64,000 nt of DNA from an uncultured Bacteroidota bacterium (GCA_964602985.1 CAZRTJ010000005.1:73198-137197), one strand, 5' to 3'. Shown: positions 38,624 through 48,103, numbered from the stretch's first letter. Numbers and translations are program-made. Notes: generated by a model not told the origin, from the letters alone.

Positions 38624-40560
38624 GGTCTAATCTCATACAGTCGAACGGTCGGACCGGCATACCTCATCGACCACGTCGACAGCGGTTGAAAATGCAGCGG
38701 AGCATCCGCCGTTTCCATCACAAGTGAAACGTCGTATTTTTTCAAAATAGCTGCTGCGCCGGCGCTGTCCTGCGTTGCAAAAAAATAATCTGCGTCTTCA
38801 CGGGCCTCCTTCAGCACACGAATTTGGTCGCCAGACAAGAGCGGCTCATAGTACGTGGATTGTTCGGCCACCAGCCGTTTTTCCGAATACACCCCGTTCA
38901 GAATGTTCGGCATGGTAGAGTCTGTGTGAAAAAGGAATCGTCCGGTGGACTCGTATGTGCGCGCCGCACCCAGGGCCTGCATATGGTCTGCGGAATACGT
39001 GTACGAGCCGCGTCTGACGCTCTTGCGCAGAACCGGCACCGCAAAGGTCAGCATCGACGATATCATGAGCAGCGCCCCACCCGCAAGCACCCATCTGCGA
39101 CCGCTGAGTTGCCGCCACCGCCGCACGGCATACGCCGACAGAATGGGCATGAGGCCCAAATAGAACCACATAGAATCGAACACCACAAGCTGATTAACAA
39201 TCAGTACAAACGCGCCCAGACCCGCCAAAATAGAGACCAGGCTGAGTCGATGCGGCGAATCGGAAAATAGCATACGCAGGATGAATCGCCAATCCGTCCG
39301 AAGGAACGCCAATGCGCGAAATCCGAGCAATCCTGCGTGCCACAGCGGAAATAGAATCACAAATTTCGTCATCTGCATGGCGTCGGTGATCACGCCGCGT
39401 TGGCGTAACTCCTGAATGGCCGCCGCAGACAACAACCCGAATTTCTGTGCAAATTCAGCCACGAAGAATCCGTTTGAGAATTGAACCTCATGATGTCCGT
39501 ACGATCCGGTCAGTTGAAGAATTCCAAAAAAAAGTGTGACGAGTCCGGCCAGGGTCATCGTGACTACCTGCCTTCTTCTCCACATGTCCACGCCCGCCAC
39601 CCACAACAATCCGGCAAATGCAGGAAGAAACGTAGTGATCTTTGCCTTCAACAAGACCAACCAGAGAATGAGCGTGACCGCAAAGACAAATGCGGAACGG
39701 TTCCTTTGCATCTGCCAGGTTGACAAGAACACGGCTGGAAGCAACGCGATGGAAGTAAGGTAAGAAGGATTGTTGTACTGCTGAAAAAACGTAATCACAG
39801 GATACCAAATCGACCAAGCCATCATCTTGTAGGAATTCATCCACACGAACAGACTTGAAACATCATACACCAGCCAGACAACCAGTACGGTCCAAAATGC
39901 CACCCTCATGTCTCTCCACAACGCCACACAAAACGCTGCTGAATTGACACCGAGAAGGAGCAGGAAGACAGGAGTGAAAAAGTACACGTACGCATACACC
40001 TTGTCCAGGGCAGGAAGCGAGTAACTGAACGCGCTGATAAAGTAGTTCGCGAAGAAGTGATACTCCGATCGATCATACTGCGTGACATCCATGGTCACAG
40101 GCCACGATTGCACGTTGATCTGGGTCACCAGGGCCAAATGATGCATGACCTCTTTCGCCACAATGTCCACCAGCCGCAGGTTGCCAGAGTCGTCATAACC
40201 ATTTTGTCCGATGTAAAAGCCGGCGATGAGGAAGAATGTCAGGGCAGCCAGGACGAATGGCAAACACTGCCGAAGAAATCTCCCCGCAAACACTTCCAAC
40301 AGTGCGCGTCGTTTGCGGAAAGCGCTCGCCGCAGAAATGACTGTCAGCAAACCCAACATCCCCACTACGATCCAGCGCGGACAATAGGTAATTCGAAGAA
40401 CAAAATAGACCACGACAATTGCGACTGTCGCAAGCGTCAGGCTGAGCGCCAGGTGTTCAGCGCGGCCTCCCTTCCATCGACCTCGCAGAAATGCGACGAT
40501 TCCAAGAAACCAAAGACCCAGCACCAGATAACAAACGCCTACCCAGAACCACACCGACAT
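38620..40560 (-). CDS. Polytopic membrane protein with C-terminal soluble domain; paralogue of 35324-37348; putative GT-C-type glycosyltransferase
   Basis: Start at MSVWFWVGV, overlapping the GT2 stop (TGATG). Conserved blocks are shared with its paralogue. The ORF-track N-terminus (46 aa, Ala/Gly/Asp-rich) is rejected. Confidence 0.6.
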   Translation of the reverse strand: MSVWFWVGVCYLVLGLWFLGIVAFLRGRWKGGRAEHLALSLTLATVAIVVVYFVLRITYCPRWIVVGMLGLLTVISAASAFRKRRALLEVFAGRFLRQCLPFVLAALTFFLIAGFYIGQNGYDDSGNLRLVDIVAKEVMHHLALVTQINVQSWPVTMDVTQYDRSEYHFFANYFISAFSYSLPALDKVYAYVYFFTPVFLLLLGVNSAAFCVALWRDMRVAFWTVLVVWLVYDVSSLFVWMNSYKMMAWSIWYPVITFFQQYNNPSYLTSIALLPAVFLSTWQMQRNRSAFVFAVTLILWLVLLKAKITTFLPAFAGLLWVAGVDMWRRRQVVTMTLAGLVTLFFGILQLTGSYGHHEVQFSNGFFVAEFAQKFGLLSAAAIQELRQRGVITDAMQMTKFVILFPLWHAGLLGFRALAFLRTDWRFILRMLFSDSPHRLSLVSILAGLGAFVLIVNQLVVFDSMWFYLGLMPILSAYAVRRWRQLSGRRWVLAGGALLMISSMLTFAVPVLRKSVRRGSYTYSADHMQALGAARTYESTGRFLFHTDSTMPNILNGVYSEKRLVAEQSTYYEPLLSGDQIRVLKEAREDADYFFATQDSAGAAAILKKYDVSLVMETADAPLHFQPLSTWSMRYAGPTVRLYEIRP

Positions 40561-41495
40561 CACCGGACTTCGTCGATGATGTACGGGGGTCGGCGACGCA
40601 CCTGATCCAGGGCACGCCACAGATACTCTCCAATCACGCCAAGCATCAGCATCTGAAGCCCCGACAAGAGCAGGATCAACACCATCAGCGGCGCCCACCC
40701 TTCAAAAGGCACGTTGCCAAACAACCGGTTGTACACGATCACCAAGGCATAGACAAATCCACACACGGCGGTGATCAATCCCGTCACCGACATAACCCGC
40801 AATGGCACATACGAATACCCCATCACACCGTCCAGCAGGTACTTCACCTTCATGCCAAACCTCCAGCGGGACTTGCCGTACGGTCGATCCAGCCGCTTAT
40901 ACGGAATCATCTTTCTCTTGAATCCGCTCCAAAGAATCTGGCCCTGAAAAAAGGGATTGGACTCGGGATTATCCAGCATCATGCGCACGACACGCTCTCC
41001 CAGAAGCATATAATCAAAACCGCCCGCGGGCATGTCCGGAAAGCTCAGCCTTCGCATCAGCATATAGAATACTCTTGATGTCCACCGCCGAAACACCGTC
41101 TCCTCCCGATCCGCGCGCGAACAAATCACCACGTCGTATCCCTCTTCGAAGTGACACTGCAGCATTTGCACAATCAACTCCGGCGGATCCTGCAAATCCG
41201 CCGAAATAGTCACGACGCATTTGCCCCTCGCATGCGCAAATCCGGCCATCAGCGCCGAGACCTGTCCGAAATTCCTCGTGAAGCGAATCACCGTGACCCA
41301 ATCCGGATGCTCGTTCTTAATCTCCAGAATCCTGGAATACGACTGATCCCCCGACCCGTCATCGATCAGTACAATCTGACAGGACCGCGAGGGCTGGAGG
41401 GAAATCACCTCACGGACGATCTTGTCGAAGGTTAACCGAATCGACTCTTCGTTATAATAGACGGGAATGATGATGGAGTAATCGACTTTTTCCAC
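40560..41495 (-). CDS. Family-2 glycosyltransferase of the polyprenyl-phosphate sugar transferase type (ArnC/GtrB/DPM1-like) with C-terminal TM helices
   Basis: YSIIIPVYNEE, DDGSGD, SADLQDPPE, and two C-terminal TM helices, which is the typical undecaprenyl-phosphate GT2 layout. Confidence 0.85.
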   Translation of the reverse strand: MEKVDYSIIIPVYYNEESIRLTFDKIVREVISLQPSRSCQIVLIDDGSGDQSYSRILEIKNEHPDWVTVIRFTRNFGQVSALMAGFAHARGKCVVTISADLQDPPELIVQMLQCHFEEGYDVVICSRADREETVFRRWTSRVFYMLMRRLSFPDMPAGGFDYMLLGERVVRMMLDNPESNPFFQGQILWSGFKRKMIPYKRLDRPYGKSRWRFGMKVKYLLDGVMGYSYVPLRVMSVTGLITAVCGFVYALVIVYNRLFGNVPFEGWAPLMVLILLLSGLQMLMLGVIGEYLWRALDQVRRRPPYIIDEVR

Positions 41496-41500
41496 GGCTC

Positions 41501-42637
41501 TCAGGCGTTCTTGCGATTCTTCATCGACCCGATCATTTCGCAGATCGCATCGACGTGAGGGAGCGAAAGATTGCCGTACATGGGAAGACAGAGAACTTGC
41601 TTCGCCACGCGCTCCGCCACCGGTAATCGACCGGGCGCGGCAGACGGCAATTCCCGATACGGTGGAAAGTGACTGATCAACGGATAAAAGTAGCGGCGTG
41701 AATACACGTTGTTCGTTTTGAGTCGATCGTACACGGCGTCCCGATCGGCTCCAAAGATCGCGGGATCGATGAGAATCGGAAAGTAGGAATGATTGTGCGA
41801 CACCTTGGGGAGATCGCCGAGGACGCGCACACCATCCAGTCCGGACAGATTCTCCCGGTACCGGGCCGCCACAGCTCGTCGACGATCCACTTCGCCGCGA
41901 AATCTCTCCATCTGCAAGAGACCCATGATCGCCTGAAATTCGTTCATCTTGGCATTAATGCCCACACTGACAACCGACGTCTCACCTGCGAATCCAAAGT
42001 TTTTCAGATAATCGATCCGTTGCTTGAGTTTTTCGTCCCCATGTACAATCGCCCCGCCCTCAAATGTCTGGAACACTTTCGTCGCATGGAAACTCAGAAT
42101 GCTCATATCGCCGTGGCGGAGTATGGACTTCCCGTCCACTGTCACCCCGAACGCGTGCGCGGCATCGTACAGGACTCGCAGTCCATAGATGTCGGCGATC
42201 CTTTGAATCTCTTCCACCCGGCACGGATTTCCGTACACATGCACCGGCAGGATTCCCGTCGTTTGATTGGTGATCAGGGATTCCACCTTCGTGGCGTCCA
42301 GGTTAAACGTCTGCTCTTCAATATCGCAGAATACCGGAGTGATCCCGTTCCAATGAAGGGAATGCGTGGTGGCCACGAAGCTGAACGGCGTGGTAATCAC
42401 CTCCCCCGTCATCCGCAACGCCTTCAGGCCAAGAAGGAGCGCCAACGTCCCATTGCTGAACAGATTCAGATACGGTACGCCGAGAAATTCAAGGAGTTTC
42501 TCCTCCAGTTGAACGTGATACGCGCCGTTGTTGGTGAGGATCTTGGACTTCCACAGTGTCTCCAGATGCGGAAGGACGGACTCCAACGGCGGAAGATCCG
42601 GTTCCGTGACATAAATCGGATGGTCGAACTTTGGCAT
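41501..42637 (-). CDS. DegT/DnrJ/EryC1/StrS-family PLP-dependent sugar aminotransferase
   Basis: Family hallmarks including the SFHATK lysine region. Start at MPKFDHPIYVTEP; the upstream 20 aa in the ORF track are unlikely to be translated. Confidence 0.8.
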   Translation of the reverse strand: MPKFDHPIYVTEPDLPPLESVLPHLETLWKSKILTNNGAYHVQLEEKLLEFLGVPYLNLFSNGTLALLLGLKALRMTGEVITTPFSFVATTHSLHWNGITPVFCDIEEQTFNLDATKVESLITNQTTGILPVHVYGNPCRVEEIQRIADIYGLRVLYDAAHAFGVTVDGKSILRHGDMSILSFHATKVFQTFEGGAIVHGDEKLKQRIDYLKNFGFAGETSVVSVGINAKMNEFQAIMGLLQMERFRGEVDRRRAVAARYRENLSGLDGVRVLGDLPKVSHNHSYFPILIDPAIFGADRDAVYDRLKTNNVYSRRYFYPLISHFPPYRELPSAAPGRLPVAERVAKQVLCLPMYGNLSLPHVDAICEMIGSMKNRKNA

Positions 42638-42814
42638 GCGTGATTGAACAGCGATTGAAACTTGCGTAGAGTAGGAAATTTTTCCGCCGAGTTCCAATGA
42701 AAAGTGCCGACCCGGTCTGCGACGAGATTGCTGGAAGCGGTGTACACGGTCTGACCTGAAGCGGCTGGTCTTCAGCGAACAGGGCCCACACCGCCAGCCT
42801 GAACGATGGAACTG

Positions 42815-45800
42815 CTAAAAATCCGCGCCAAACCAGAATTGAAAGAAGATTCCCTTCGACCAGCGCCGGTATTCACGCAACGTCTCCTCGTCCAGCCGGC
42901 CGCCAAAACCCAGGTCCCCGGTTTCCTTCAACTTCGTCGCGATAAATCGATCCCGATTGCCCGGCAGTCTAATGCCGAACACCTCTGCGTCGCGTGCGTC
43001 AAACATTTTTCCGAAATCAAATCGCAGGACAATAAATCCCAGCATGTTCACTCGAAACCCCGTCCCCACGCTCCCGATCAATCCGTCGAAATTGACATGA
43101 TCGACCACAACCGCTCCATCCGTAATCTGCGACCCCCACGCACTGCCGATATCCATGAACGCCGCGCCACGGATTCCGCGAAAGCCCAGTCCGCCAAACG
43201 GCAATTTCAAACTGATCACATCGACGAGTGGAAATCGAAGTTCCTGATTCACGACAAAGAACCGAGAGCCCGGCAGATTCCATCGTGGATATCCGCGCAG
43301 GTCCCAACTGCCGCCGAGAATGAAATTCTGCGGGTTCTTCCCCTCGTTCCACTGCACCATCGACCGCATCGCATACGTCGAACGGCTCGTGAGCCGAACA
43401 TACTTTCGATAATCCAGGATGACCGTGTAGTAATTCTGCTGCGATCGTTGAACGTCGCTCGTATATCCGCCGGAAACGGTGAAGCGATTCCCATCGATCG
43501 GCCCGGTGATCCCCCACAGCGCGTTGTCGTACGTGTAGCCGCCGAAGTTGCTCAGGATCAAGCCGTCCACGGGCAACACCTGACCGAACACGCTTTCCCG
43601 CCGATACTTGCTGAAATTCAACGACGACTCCAGCCGCTGGAAACGCGAGATCGGATAGACCACCTGGAGAAATCCGCCGAATCGATTTTGATCGACTTGT
43701 GCGATGTCGCCCACGTCGTCGATCTCGATAAAATCACCGCGGAAACGATAAAATCCGTACGCGAAATTGACCCGCTTCCCCAAATCCACTTTTGTCAGGA
43801 CAAGATTCCAATTGGTCAGCAGTTGAGACGTCGTTCGGGAGGTGTTAAAGACTAGGAGATAGTACTGCTGATCACCGAGCACGTCGGTCACTCCGACGAG
43901 ACCGCCGCCGCCATTCCCAAAAACCGGATCGACGTGAAAGGAACCCTGCACAAAGTCGAGGCCGTAGCGCTTGGAGTAGGGCCGTGCGGCTACACCTTCC
44001 GCCGCCACACGGGGCGTGGACCACAAGGTTTTCGCGGCAAGGGTCTCTACGTTCGCCGGTTGCGTGGCTTCGGCCTTGGCGCGGGCATTCGGCAACCGCC
44101 GAATTTGAAATCCGAATTTTTCAAACGTCGTCAGGATGATGTCCCCGTTGCGCGTCCACACCGGATCGAATCCAGCCGCCGTCAGTCGGACCAGTTCGCG
44201 CCCACGAAACGCGCTCAGCGAATCTCCCGCCTCGGCCGCATCGACAAAGTTCTTGTCGCCAGTGACAAACGGCAACACCCACAGGTCCGTCGGCTCCCCC
44301 GGTCGGTTCGACGTATACGCCAGCCATCGCCCGTCGCGCGACCAGGAGGGCGCGTCATCCCGCGTCCGACCCGCCGTCAAAGCAAACATCTTCATCGTGC
44401 CGACATCGCATAGATAGAGATTGTACGCACCCATCAGACCTTCTTCTGTACGATCCGACGAAAAGGCGATCCATCGACCGTCCGGACTCCACGCGGGCTC
44501 CTTGTCGTCGTACATATCGTTGGTTAGGCGGGTGAGACGCCCGTCTTCGGAATCGCCGGTCACTTCGAGAATATACAGGTCCGAATTGCCGCTCATCGCC
44601 AGCCCCGAGAACACAATCCTCTTGCAGTCCGGCGACCAGTTGGGCGAGGACAATCCGACCAGATCCTTATAGGAGTACCGATGCGTGACGGTCTTGCGGT
44701 TCACGTCGTACACATGCAGGACATCCTTCTCGCCGCTCTTGGTCACAAAGGCCAATTCACCCCTGGCATTGATGTCAATCTTGCTCTTGAAGAAATGAAA
44801 CGTTTCAAAATCTTCGGAGCGCTCGCCTTTGATGACGATTTCCTCCTTCTTCGTGTCCAGTCGATTGCGATAGATGTTCGTATATCCGTCGCGATTGGCA
44901 ACATAGAAGACCTCCTCGATGCCGTCGTGTTCCCAGTACGCCGGCTTCACGTGAAAACCTGCCGGACTGATTTTTTCCGTGATCGCCCCGGGTTCTTCGC
45001 GATTGGCCAGCGTCGGGAAGTATTTCTTTTTCAACCACTGCATCCAGCGTTCCGTCAATTCCTCATACGACACGCCGAGCGACAGGGCGACGACTTTTTC
45101 AAACGACTCGGTCTTCCACAGGTTGTCCAGGATCAACATAACTTTTTCGGAACCGAACGATTCGGAGACAAACTGGAGGAGATTCTCGCTCAACTTGTAC
45201 ATGTAGTACGTCCCCTGCACCGTCCAGAAATTCTGCACGGGCACGACGGTCCCATTGATCGTTGCATCGCGCATGACCATTTCCGCCTGGAAGTCCGGTT
45301 GTCCGCTCCAGTGTTCGGCGATTCCCTCGGTAAACCACAGGGGCGCGCCGGGATGGTTCAGCTTTCGATGCTCGGAGAGTATGCGCTCCATTTTGTACGT
45401 GGCAAATACGTGCACCAGTTCGTGCCGAAGCACGCGTCGAAACGCGTGAATCGATCCATCGCTTGGCAGTACGACGCGCCCTTTGAAGAACTCGAAGAAT
45501 CCGCCGACGCCCTCCGGAATCTCAAACGGCGACACATTCGTCTGCTGAAAATGCAGGTGCGAGCTGTAGACGATCATGGGCACCTTGCTCTTGAGCGAGT
45601 AGTTGAACAGATTTTGTAACTCCGCGTACTGCTCCTCGGCGAATCCCGCCGCCCGCTCCGCCAGTTCCTTCATTTCCGGATAATAATAGATCTCGAAATG
45701 CTCCGTCTCGAGCACCTGCCAGTGGAATCGCGTGTAATTGACCTTGTTCGTACCGAAGTAGTTGTCGTAATACTGCCCGTGCAACGCTGTGGTCAGCCAG

Positions 45801-45823
45801 ATCGCCCACATCCACACTCTCAT
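42815..45823 (-). CDS. Outer-membrane protein: N-terminal HExxH zinc-peptidase-like domain, TolB-like (PD40) beta-propeller repeats, C-terminal Omp85/D15-like beta-barrel
   Basis: Signal peptide; HELVHVF...EGIAEHW gluzincin-like motif; PD40 repeats (KEPAWSPDGRWIAFSSDR; DDAPSWSRDGRWLAYTSNR); C-terminal region with VLRFDFG and a terminal F. Confidence 0.75.
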   Translation of the reverse strand: MRVWMWAIWLTTALHGQYYDNYFGTNKVNYTRFHWQVLETEHFEIYYYPEMKELAERAAGFAEEQYAELQNLFNYSLKSKVPMIVYSSHLHFQQTNVSPFEIPEGVGGFFEFFKGRVVLPSDGSIHAFRRVLRHELVHVFATYKMERILSEHRKLNHPGAPLWFTEGIAEHWSGQPDFQAEMVMRDATINGTVVPVQNFWTVQGTYYMYKLSENLLQFVSESFGSEKVMLILDNLWKTESFEKVVALSLGVSYEELTERWMQWLKKKYFPTLANREEPGAITEKISPAGFHVKPAYWEHDGIEEVFYVANRDGYTNIYRNRLDTKKEEIVIKGERSEDFETFHFFKSKIDINARGELAFVTKSGEKDVLHVYDVNRKTVTHRYSYKDLVGLSSPNWSPDCKRIVFSGLAMSGNSDLYILEVTGDSEDGRLTRLTNDMYDDKEPAWSPDGRWIAFSSDRTEEGLMGAYNLYLCDVGTMKMFALTAGRTRDDAPSWSRDGRWLAYTSNRPGEPTDLWVLPFVTGDKNFVDAAEAGDSLSAFRGRELVRLTAAGFDPVWTRNGDIILTTFEKFGFQIRRLPNARAKAEATQPANVETLAAKTLWSTPRVAAEGVAARPYSKRYGLDFVQGSFHVDPVFGNGGGGLVGVTDVLGDQQYYLLVFNTSRTTSQLLTNWNLVLTKVDLGKRVNFAYGFYRFRGDFIEIDDVGDIAQVDQNRFGGFLQVVYPISRFQRLESSLNFSKYRRESVFGQVLPVDGLILSNFGGYTYDNALWGITGPIDGNRFTVSGGYTSDVQRSQQNYYTVILDYRKYVRLTSRSTYAMRSMVQWNEGKNPQNFILGGSWDLRGYPRWNLPGSRFFVVNQELRFPLVDVISLKLPFGGLGFRGIRGAAFMDIGSAWGSQITDGAVVVDHVNFDGLIGSVGTGFRVNMLGFIVLRFDFGKMFDARDAEVFGIRLPGNRDRFIATKLKETGDLGFGGRLDEETLREYRRWSKGIFFQFWFGADF

Positions 45824-46620
45824 GCCAGAATCCTCTTTTGCAGAAACGCGACGTGATTTCGAATGTAGCCGCTTGCGCGCGCCGTGCGTGTGCCGTACCA
45901 GCAGAAGTAGGAACCTTGGACGAATTCGATTTCAGCATCCGCGGCCCATGACTGACTTTGAATTTCGTCCCGATGCCGATCCTGAAACAGAAAAGGTTCA
46001 TCTGGAAGCAAGATCAGTTCCGGGCGAGACTCATGGAGAAACTCCGTGGTCAGGATCGGATAGCGATCCGCGAGATCTGCGCAGACATTTTTCATGCCGT
46101 GCGATTCCAGTACGTCATGAATGTACGTGTCGCGGTTGATCGACATCCACGGCTGCCGCCAGATCAGATACAACGTGCGGATCGACGCGCGAACCGGACG
46201 CAGGGCGCGAATCGCACGGACGAACGGAAACGCCCGTTCTTCCACGCCGAATATCTTTCCCATCGACTCCACGGTGTCCGCCGAATCGCTCAGCGTCCGC
46301 GGAAAGGTAACCCACGTGCGATAGCGGTCGTTGAGAAATTCCACATCTTCATTGCGATTTTCCTCCGTGTTCAGGATGACCAGATCGGGACAGAGTTCGG
46401 CGATCGCCGACAGGTCCGGATTTTTTGGTCCGCCGACTTTGGCTTTGTGAATGACTTGTTCTGCGGGTTCCGTGCAGAATTTCGTCACACCGACCACGCG
46501 ATCTCCGAGACCGAGTTCGAAAAGACTTTCTGTCAAACTGGGGATGAGGCACACCACACGCTGCGGCGGCGAAGTGAATCGGATTTTTCGTTGGAGAGCG
46601 TCTGATAGGACCGTGTCCAT
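45820..46620 (-). CDS. Periplasmic-binding-protein family 2 (BtuF/FhuD-like, cobalamin/iron-siderophore type) substrate-binding protein
   Basis: RVVCLIPSLTESLFELGLGDRVVGVT and PDLVIL motifs. Start ambiguous (46620 or 46674); no clear signal peptide. Confidence 0.65.
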   Translation of the reverse strand: MDTVLSDALQRKIRFTSPPQRVVCLIPSLTESLFELGLGDRVVGVTKFCTEPAEQVIHKAKVGGPKNPDLSAIAELCPDLVILNTEENRNEDVEFLNDRYRTWVTFPRTLSDSADTVESMGKIFGVEERAFPFVRAIRALRPVRASIRTLYLIWRQPWMSINRDTYIHDVLESHGMKNVCADLADRYPILTTEFLHESRPELILLPDEPFLFQDRHRDEIQSQSWAADAEIEFVQGSYFCWYGTRTARASGYIRNHVAFLQKRILA

Positions 46621-46721
46621 GCGGCTAAGATAGCACCGACCTTTCTCCCAAGTCAAGATACGGATGCAAATCAACCCGTTTAGGGTATGCGTGGGTCAGC
46701 CGGTAGCAACCCCTGCATGTG

Positions 46722-46743
46722 GGTGTGCCGCGCGGCTTTTTTT
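46722..46743 (+). terminator. Orphan intrinsic terminator (GCCGCGCGGC plus T7) with no upstream plus-strand gene
   Basis: A self-complementary GC decamer preceded by GTGGGTGT and followed by 7 T, ~75 nt upstream of the M64 peptidase ATG. Confidence 0.45.
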
Positions 46744-46819
46744 ATTGTCTCCTGAGACAGCGACCTTGCAAATCTTCCTGTGTGAAACTAAGTTGCGATA
46801 CCATCTGAAAGGGGTTCCT

Positions 46820-48103
46820 ATGATTCGGTTTGCAATACTCGTATGGGCCGGCACCGCTCTGTGGGCGCAAGATGCGCCGAGATTTGATGACCATTTCATC
46901 AACGGCGTGCTGAGATTTGATTTCTATCACGGATTTGACAAGTCGTCGCACACGATCGTACCGTATCGCTGGCGCGAGGAGCCATTCTACGCAGGAAGCA
47001 AGACGGTTCTTGTCCCGCCGATGGATATGGGAAATTTCCGATACGACGTCATGGATTCCGCCAGCGGCCAGTTGATCTATTCCGAAGGCTATTCGGACCT
47101 GTTTGAGGAGTGGAAGAGTACACGGGAGGCGCTGGAGGGCGGCCGGCAAGTATTTCTGGAATCCGTCCGATTCCCCTATCCGAGGGCAACGGTCGTCCTC
47201 AAACTATTCGCGCGGGATCGGAGCGGCGCGTACTTCGAAATGTATTCCGAAACCCTCAATCCCCGATCCCTTCGCATCGACCGGTCCCGGCCTTCGCGCG
47301 CGTTTGAAACGGGAGATATTTCCCTGAGCGGTCTGCCGGAAGACAAGATCGATGTGCTGTTTCTGGCGGAGGGATACACCTCCGGACAAACCGCGAAATT
47401 CAAAGCGGACGCGAGGAAGCTCGCCGATTATCTGGTGAGCAAGGAGCCGTTTCGGACGTACCGGGACCGATTCAATTTCCGCTATGTCGCTGCCGTATCG
47501 GAAGAAGGAGGAACGGACGAACCCGACCGAGGCATTTTCAAACGAACCATCCTCAGCAGTTCGTTCAACACATTCAACATCGAACGGTACATCACCACGA
47601 TGGATCACCACACCCTGCGCGAACTCGCCTCGGCGGTACCGTACGATCACGTGGTGGTCCTGACAAATCACGAGCGATACGGCGGCGCGGGTTTTTATAA
47701 CTTCTATTCGATCTTCTGTTCCGACATGCCCGAACTCGGCGACGTATTCGTTCACGAGTTCGGTCACCAGTTCGCGGGACTGGCCGACGAGTACGACGGA
47801 GATTTCACGCAGGGCGAACCGTTTTATAATTTGAAAATCGAGCCGTGGGAAGCGAACATCACGACGTCGCGCAAGCGTCAAAACATCAAGTGGAACTCCG
47901 TGATCTCCAAGGACACGCCCATCCCGACACCAAACGACGCGAAGTACGCAAACGTCGTCGGGTGTTTCGAAGGCGGCGGATATTCCACGAAAGGAATTTT
48001 CCGTTCGCAACTGTATTGCCTGATGCGCGGCTGGGAGGTTCGCGAGTTTTGCCATGCCTGCCGCGAACAGTGCGTGAAGATGCTGAAGCTGTATACGAGG
48101 TAG
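46820..48103 (+). CDS. M64-family (IgA-peptidase-like) zinc metallopeptidase, secreted
   Basis: Signal peptide MIRFAILVWAGTALWAQ and HEFGHQFAGLADEY. Start at the internal Met with an AAAGGGG RBS. Confidence 0.8.
   Translation: MIRFAILVWAGTALWAQDAPRFDDHFINGVLRFDFYHGFDKSSHTIVPYRWREEPFYAGSKTVLVPPMDMGNFRYDVMDSASGQLIYSEGYSDLFEEWKSTREALEGGRQVFLESVRFPYPRATVVLKLFARDRSGAYFEMYSETLNPRSLRIDRSRPSRAFETGDISLSGLPEDKIDVLFLAEGYTSGQTAKFKADARKLADYLVSKEPFRTYRDRFNFRYVAAVSEEGGTDEPDRGIFKRTILSSSFNTFNIERYITTMDHHTLRELASAVPYDHVVVLTNHERYGGAGFYNFYSIFCSDMPELGDVFVHEFGHQFAGLADEYDGDFTQGEPFYNLKIEPWEANITTSRKRQNIKWNSVISKDTPIPTPNDAKYANVVGCFEGGGYSTKGIFRSQLYCLMRGWEVREFCHACREQCVKMLKLYTR

Noticed and set aside
46621-46700. Cobalamin riboswitch in the 5' region of the BtuF-like gene
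   Set aside because: I could not find a B12-box-like GCCACTG or the conserved GGTG...CC core by eye. This needs an Infernal scan, and I do not claim it.
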